60,000 nt of DNA from Schmidtea polychroa (lineage: Eukaryota): positions 44,828,001 to 44,888,000 of the forward strand of contig CM097885.1 in NCBI GenBank assembly GCA_044892525.1, given 5' to 3'. Shown here piece by piece: positions 59,247 through 60,000 of this stretch. How positions within the stretch are numbered: the stretch's first letter is position 1; every line of letters starts with the position of its first letter. The notes beneath the pieces were generated by a model. It saw only the letters and a program-made list of their open reading frames with translations. It made no database searches and was not told where the DNA came from. A program made the translations under genes and the position numbers.

Positions 59247-60000
59247 GATGAGATGGCATCATGATTCTTAGCTTCTAAAGAAGTATATACGGATGGTTTT
59301 ACCTTTTTTAATCGCGAATCGGTTGTTAGTATCGAACTAAACCAACAGTTTCTAAATTAAGGTGCTTTACTTTAATTTCTGTATTTTTTTCTCATTTATG
59401 TTTTAGACTATCGATCAATATTTCCTAATTGTATCATGAATTTGTGGTATGCTATTTCTTGATATTTAATGTTTGTTTAAATTCAAAGAAATCTATATCG
59501 AGTTCACTAACTTATGGCTGTAATACGTTACTATAAATAGTAACATACAACTTAGATGCAATACACATGCATAATTTATACCATCATATATTGAGTTTAA
59601 TGAGTTAAAAGTAATTTGAGAAAAAATGATTATTTTAAATCAAAATTAAAAATTTTGAAATTCAATATTTTCTAAAAATACCTGAAGTACCATCTTGTAG
59701 AAATTTAAATTCTGTGTCAAACCACCATAAATACTTTGAAAACAATCGAGTAGTTCCCTTAGAGAAATCGAAAATGAATTCGGTATATCATATAAATTCG
59801 AAATCTATTGAAAGCTATTGGAATTTGAAATTTTGTTTTTAAAACACGCATCAAAATCTCAAATATTTAAACGGAATAGAAATACCCTTAAAATAATCTA
59901 AATATTATCATCAGAGTATGGGATAGAGATACGCATCGAGTCTAGGTAACAGTCGTGTGTTTCTAATCGTATGTCAAAATATGCTGAAATTTTTAATTTG

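Overview
AT-rich eukaryotic (probably metazoan) genomic DNA with very short (~40-50 nt) GT-AG introns and many (ATT)n tracts. 1-16928 is the right-hand ~17 kb of an integrated Polinton/Maverick (adintovirus-like) element. It carries pPolB, protease, major and minor capsid, two core proteins, integrase, a truncated ATPase, five accessory genes and a right terminus; the left end is outside the window. Manual splicing shows ten host-type introns that the ORF track misses. They reveal (i) an E1A/E7-like leader (LxCxE, SIM-like motifs, Cys cluster) spliced in frame onto pPolB and (ii) a complete Bcl-2-like gene. 18375-32556 is a 14.2-kb non-coding, almost fully palindromic element with Polinton-type AGTAG ends, a 6-bp TSD and sequence shared with the Polinton. 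Two smaller elements with AGT-type ends follow (2.2 kb and 0.42 kb). The rest holds the 3' exons of a host SLC15/POT transporter, a decayed piggyBac with a nested hAT, MITEs, older pPolB relics, a Buster-type hAT with an 8-bp TSD, and the 3' part of host CAND1. All gene models are manual predictions; no database search was run.
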